In this document: piece after piece, positions 60,235 through 64,000 of the stretch
How positions within the stretch are numbered: the first letter of the stretch is position 1
Layout of the letters: the number at the start of each line of letters is the position of its first letter
Assembly (NCBI GenBank): GCA_028282585.1
Contig: JANQHR010000062.1
Span: forward strand, 1-64,000
Direction of reading: 5' to 3'
Source of the DNA: Bacteroidales bacterium
Lineage (GTDB): Bacteria; Bacteroidota; Bacteroidia; Bacteroidales; UBA12077
DNA: 64,000 bases
Notes under the pieces: model-generated
Databases searched by the model: none
Told to the model about the DNA's origin: nothing
The model's input: the letters and a program-made list of their open reading frames with translations, nothing else
Position numbers and translations under genes: made by a program

Positions 60235-61269
60235 TCATTTAATCATCTTTTCTCTGTATGCTTTTGGAGTATTTTGAGTATAATGTTTAAAGGCCGCATT
60301 GAAACTAGATATGCTATTGAATCCAACTTCGAATGAAATAGATGCAATAGTGTGGTCTTTATATTTTTCATCCTGAAACATTCTAATGGTTTCTTCAACA
60401 CGAAATTTATTGATGTAACCATTAAAATTCATTTTAGTTTTTGTATTTATAACCATCGATAAAGTCTGAGAAGTAACATTTAACAATTTACTGAGTGATT
60501 TCAGCGTTAAGTTTCCGTTCTTGAATTGTTCCTCATCAACAATAATTCTTTTGACACTTGCAAATAATTGATCAATTTGTTCTTGCGTGGCCGATGTTGT
60601 TTTGTATTTAACAGTTTCAAGGTATCCCTTTTTTATAACAATTATACTAATTACGTATGCAAGAATAGTATATAGAATAGGACCGACAATATAGGGAACT
60701 ACGTCATCAAACAGGTTCAATACATAAACGAGCCATATTGCCAATAATGAGTACCATAATATTCGCATAATAGCAACAGAATTTGGATTTAGCTCCAATT
60801 TTCTTTTGTTTGAAATAAGCCTGTAACAAACTAATAAATAAAACAAATAATGACAGTAATAGAAGGTAAATAGAAATACAAAAAATGACCTTGGTAATGT
60901 TTCATAAATATCTTCATTTATCCACAATCCAAATAGTATTCCCAAAAATGAAGCAGTAAAGTGGATTAAATGAATTGTTTTAAGTTTAAATTTTGGATTT
61001 TCCAGTGATTTGATATAAAAATAAAATAAGGGTCCGATGGCTAATAAAGTTGCCAATCCTATAAAAATGATTCGAACCTCTAGGTTTTCTGTAAACTCCA
61101 ATATAACCGATTTACCTACACGAAAAGAAAAAATTATTAATAATAAGCTCAATAATTTGTTGGAAGTAGTATTGTATTTTGATTCAATATTTAGGAAAAG
61201 AGCCAGAAACACTCCATGGAGCACTCCCATTCCGCTAATAAGTATTAAAAATATATTGAATGCTGTCAT
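60235..61269 (-). CDS. Membrane-bound AraC family regulator
   Basis: About 6-7 TM helices plus C-terminal HTH (VGFNSISSFNAAFK..TPKAYR). Confidence 0.92.
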   Translation of the reverse strand: MTAFNIFLILISGMGVLHGVFLALFLNIESKYNTTSNKLLSLLLIIFSFRVGKSVILEFTENLEVRIIFIGLATLLAIGPLFYFYIKSLENPKFKLKTIHLIHFTASFLGILFGLWINEDIYETLPRSFFVFLFTFYYCHYLFYLLVCYRLISNKRKLELNPNSVAIMRILWYSLLAIWLVYVLNLFDDVVPYIVGPILYTILAYVISIIVIKKGYLETVKYKTTSATQEQIDQLFASVKRIIVDEEQFKNGNLTLKSLSKLLNVTSQTLSMVINTKTKMNFNGYINKFRVEETIRMFQDEKYKDHTIASISFEVGFNSISSFNAAFKHYTQNTPKAYREKMIK

Positions 61270-61782
61270 AACATCTTAAATAACTTACGATTTATTAATT
61301 TTTTATAAATAAAATTAGCATTTATTCTACTGTAAAGTTAGTACATAAAAATTTGAACGAAATAATAAATTATTAAGTTATAATGCACAAAAATGTAGTA
61401 TACAAATATTTTTTCGTGCATAAATAAAACACCTAACAAAAGTATTTACACAAATTTCATAATACTATACAGGTCATTTTATAAGGCTTTTGAATACCCT
61501 GAAATATAAAAAGACTTAATATTAATGCAACTTTTAAAACTATTAAAATAGGTCTTTAGAATATTTGTGCTTAGAGATGCAAGATATTATGAAAAAATAA
61601 AATTTGAGGTGTCAGCATTCGTCCATTATTATAACTATTCCAATTCGTGAAGATTCATTTTTCCAAATATTTGAGTAAGTGTTGGATATGAATTTCTTTT
61701 AAAAAATTCATATAAACTCATTTTCGATTCATATCAATTTGATATTTTTATAGGATTTTTGAGTAATGGGATTTATAATTTT

Positions 61783-64000
61783 ATGCAACGAAAAGAATTT
61801 GTAATAGGCATTGTCGATCATCATTTATTTGGTTTAATAATAGTTCCGTACATTGTTATTATTAAGCCTAATCATGGATTTTATAATATCGAAGCAAAAA
61901 TCTCCCAATTAAATATTAGTCGGTATCTTGATAAATTCTCGGATAAAGAGAAACAACTCATTAAATGGATTGAAGAGTATAGCGATCAGAATCTTCATAA
62001 AGTTTTCTGTAAGAAAAAAGGGCAATCAGTGGTCGATTTTATATCAAAAATAAACAAAGATTTTGCTAAAAAATATATAAGGCCTTACATTGAAAAAAGA
62101 TTGGTAAAGTGTACCGAACTGTTACAAGAGATGGATATTAATCTTTATTTCAAGGAAAAACCTAAATACGTGAACTCTGATGAGATAATTCATGTACAAA
62201 AAGGCTATGCCCAGGCAGTCTTTAATATAAGTAAACTGGAAAATGAAACACAATATTATTTAAGTATAAAACATAATAATAAGGAACTTAGTTTACTTGA
62301 TAAATCAAGCTTTATATTAACCCAGGACCCTTGTAGAATTATTATAGAAAATCAGCTCTTTATTTTTAAAGATATTGATGCCAAAAAACTTTTGCCATTT
62401 TTTAATAAAGATTGCATTCATATTCCAGAATCTTCAGAGAAAAAGTGGTTTGAAACTTTTGCTTTAGAAAGTATTAAACAATACAATGTAAAACCAAAGG
62501 GTTTCGAAATAAATAAGATTATTTCAAACAAAGAAGCTAAATTAAGCTTTGAATATAACTTACAGGGAAATCCAACTTTAATACTCTCATTCGTCTACAA
62601 CAACCAAGTAAAGTTCTTAGCTAACAAAGGCTCGAAATCATTTGTTCGTTTTGAAGAAAGTAATAGAAAATACTTTTTTCATCAAATAGATAGAGATCAG
62701 ATTTGGGAAAATGAAATCATTGATAAATTATTAAAAATTGGTTTAAAAAATTACCAGGATTCTCATTTTAGCCCAATTAACGATAATTTACTTAATAAAG
62801 ATGAGCTTCTTTATGAATTTATTCAATGGCTTAGCGTTCATAAACCCGAAATTGAAGCTCTAGATATTCAATTAACTCAAAAGAATCCCCAATTTTTCTT
62901 ATATAAACCTAGTTTACAATCTGATATAAAAGAAGAAAATGACTGGTTTGATTTAAAAATTATTGTTCAAATTGGCGAGTTTAGTATTCCGTTTCCTAAG
63001 TTTCGGAAAAATATTTTAAATGGTAACCGAGAATATAAACTACCAAATGGGGAAATCGCTGTTTTACCTAAAGAATGGTTTGAGCAATATTTAGAATTAT
63101 TCCAATTTGGCAGAGATTTAGGTAAGAACATTCAATTGGACAAACACCATTTTGGTTTAATTGAAACAAGTATTCCTGAAAAAAGCAAATCGATCGTTGA
63201 GAAATATAGAAACTTGATCGCTAGTTATTCCAAAAACAATTATGAATTACCAAAAGGTTTAAACGCTAATTTACGACCTTATCAAAAAGAGGGATATTCG
63301 TGGATGCAATTGCTACAAGAAAATCATTTTGGAGGCTGTTTGGCCGATGATATGGGGTTAGGAAAAACTGTTCAGACATTAACTCTTTTATTAAACTCAA
63401 AAGGTAAATTGAATGGCGAAGAATATGACCCTGAAGATAAACCAGCTTTATCTCAACTAAGTATCTTTGATCAAATCAATTCAACGAATGTTAGTTCTTC
63501 TATCACCTCATTAATAGTAATGCCAACATCTTTGATCCACAATTGGGAAGAAGAAATTAAGAAATTTACACCGGAGTTAAAATGTTATAAGTTTATTAAG
63601 CAGAACCGTCCAAAAGATTTAAATAAATTTAAAGACTATGATATTATTTTAACTACTTATGGTATTGTAAGGAATGATTTTGAGCTTTTAAGAGCTTACA
63701 AATTCTTTTACATTATTCTGGATGAAAGTCAGTATATTAAAAATCCCGATTCTAAAATATATAAAGCTGTTAATCAACTAAATTCCAAGTACAGATTAGT
63801 ATTAACAGGAACTCCAATTGAAAATTCTTTAACTGATCTTTGGGCTCAAATTAATTTTCTGAACAAAGGTCTTCTAGGTAATTTACGATTTTTTAAAAGA
63901 GAATTTGTTCAACCTATTGAAAGAAATACCGATTCGGATAAAAAAGAAAGGTTACAACAATTTATTCAACCATTTGTATTGCGACGCACCAAACACCAGG
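61783..64000 (+). CDS. SNF2 family helicase (partial; runs off the window end)
   Basis: Not in the ORF track. Frame from ATG 61783 contains LRPYQKEG, CLADDMGLGKT, LDESQYIKN, LTGTPIEN, LRRTK. Confidence 0.92.
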   Translation, partial: MQRKEFVIGIVDHHLFGLIIVPYIVIIKPNHGFYNIEAKISQLNISRYLDKFSDKEKQLIKWIEEYSDQNLHKVFCKKKGQSVVDFISKINKDFAKKYIRPYIEKRLVKCTELLQEMDINLYFKEKPKYVNSDEIIHVQKGYAQAVFNISKLENETQYYLSIKHNNKELSLLDKSSFILTQDPCRIIIENQLFIFKDIDAKKLLPFFNKDCIHIPESSEKKWFETFALESIKQYNVKPKGFEINKIISNKEAKLSFEYNLQGNPTLILSFVYNNQVKFLANKGSKSFVRFEESNRKYFFHQIDRDQIWENEIIDKLLKIGLKNYQDSHFSPINDNLLNKDELLYEFIQWLSVHKPEIEALDIQLTQKNPQFFLYKPSLQSDIKEENDWFDLKIIVQIGEFSIPFPKFRKNILNGNREYKLPNGEIAVLPKEWFEQYLELFQFGRDLGKNIQLDKHHFGLIETSIPEKSKSIVEKYRNLIASYSKNNYELPKGLNANLRPYQKEGYSWMQLLQENHFGGCLADDMGLGKTVQTLTLLLNSKGKLNGEEYDPEDKPALSQLSIFDQINSTNVSSSITSLIVMPTSLIHNWEEEIKKFTPELKCYKFIKQNRPKDLNKFKDYDIILTTYGIVRNDFELLRAYKFFYIILDESQYIKNPDSKIYKAVNQLNSKYRLVLTGTPIENSLTDLWAQINFLNKGLLGNLRFFKREFVQPIERNTDSDKKERLQQFIQPFVLRRTKHQ

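Noticed and set aside
916-61279. Many short ORFs from the track nested in or antisense to long genes (e.g. 916-1161, 2062-2481, 24165-24485, 31280-31699, 40711-41004, 56252-56482, 58938-59168, 61037-61279)
   Set aside because: They overlap well-supported genes, have no motifs, and look like shadow frames.
61270-61780. Possible dif/attC-like site or small gene in the AT-rich spacer
   Set aside because: Only weak partial matches and no convincing paired arms or ORF.

Overview
AT-rich chromosomal window from a Bacteroidota bacterium, probably an anaerobic Bacteroidales-type lineage (TAnnTTTG promoter motifs, zapA-6S RNA-rny synteny, TonB receptor, lipoproteins). In order, it holds: a nucleotide-sugar/surface-polysaccharide cluster interrupted by small accessory genes (GxxExxY, MNT-HEPN pair, four-helix bundle); rny/6S RNA/zapA; peptidases; a TonB receptor; an ECF sigma/anti-sigma operon; a TPR-CHAT module; two phosphatases; a complete chemosensory (che) cluster; a Crp regulator; an aminopeptidase; a LysM protein; a three-subunit NuoE/NuoF/large flavoprotein operon resembling the Stn/NfnABC transhydrogenase; a DJ-1/AraC pair; and a truncated SNF2 helicase. 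The best candidate for an undescribed system is 21866-25923. Two tandem 41-42 aa double-glycine-leader peptide genes, missed by the ORF track, share the C-terminus PTGNDNDFD. They sit head-to-head with a secreted, membrane-anchored TPR-CHAT (caspase-like) protease, which converges on an orphan anti-sigma-like TPR membrane protein. This suggests a peptide-triggered proteolytic signalling system (inference). All calls come from reading motifs by eye; no database searches were run.
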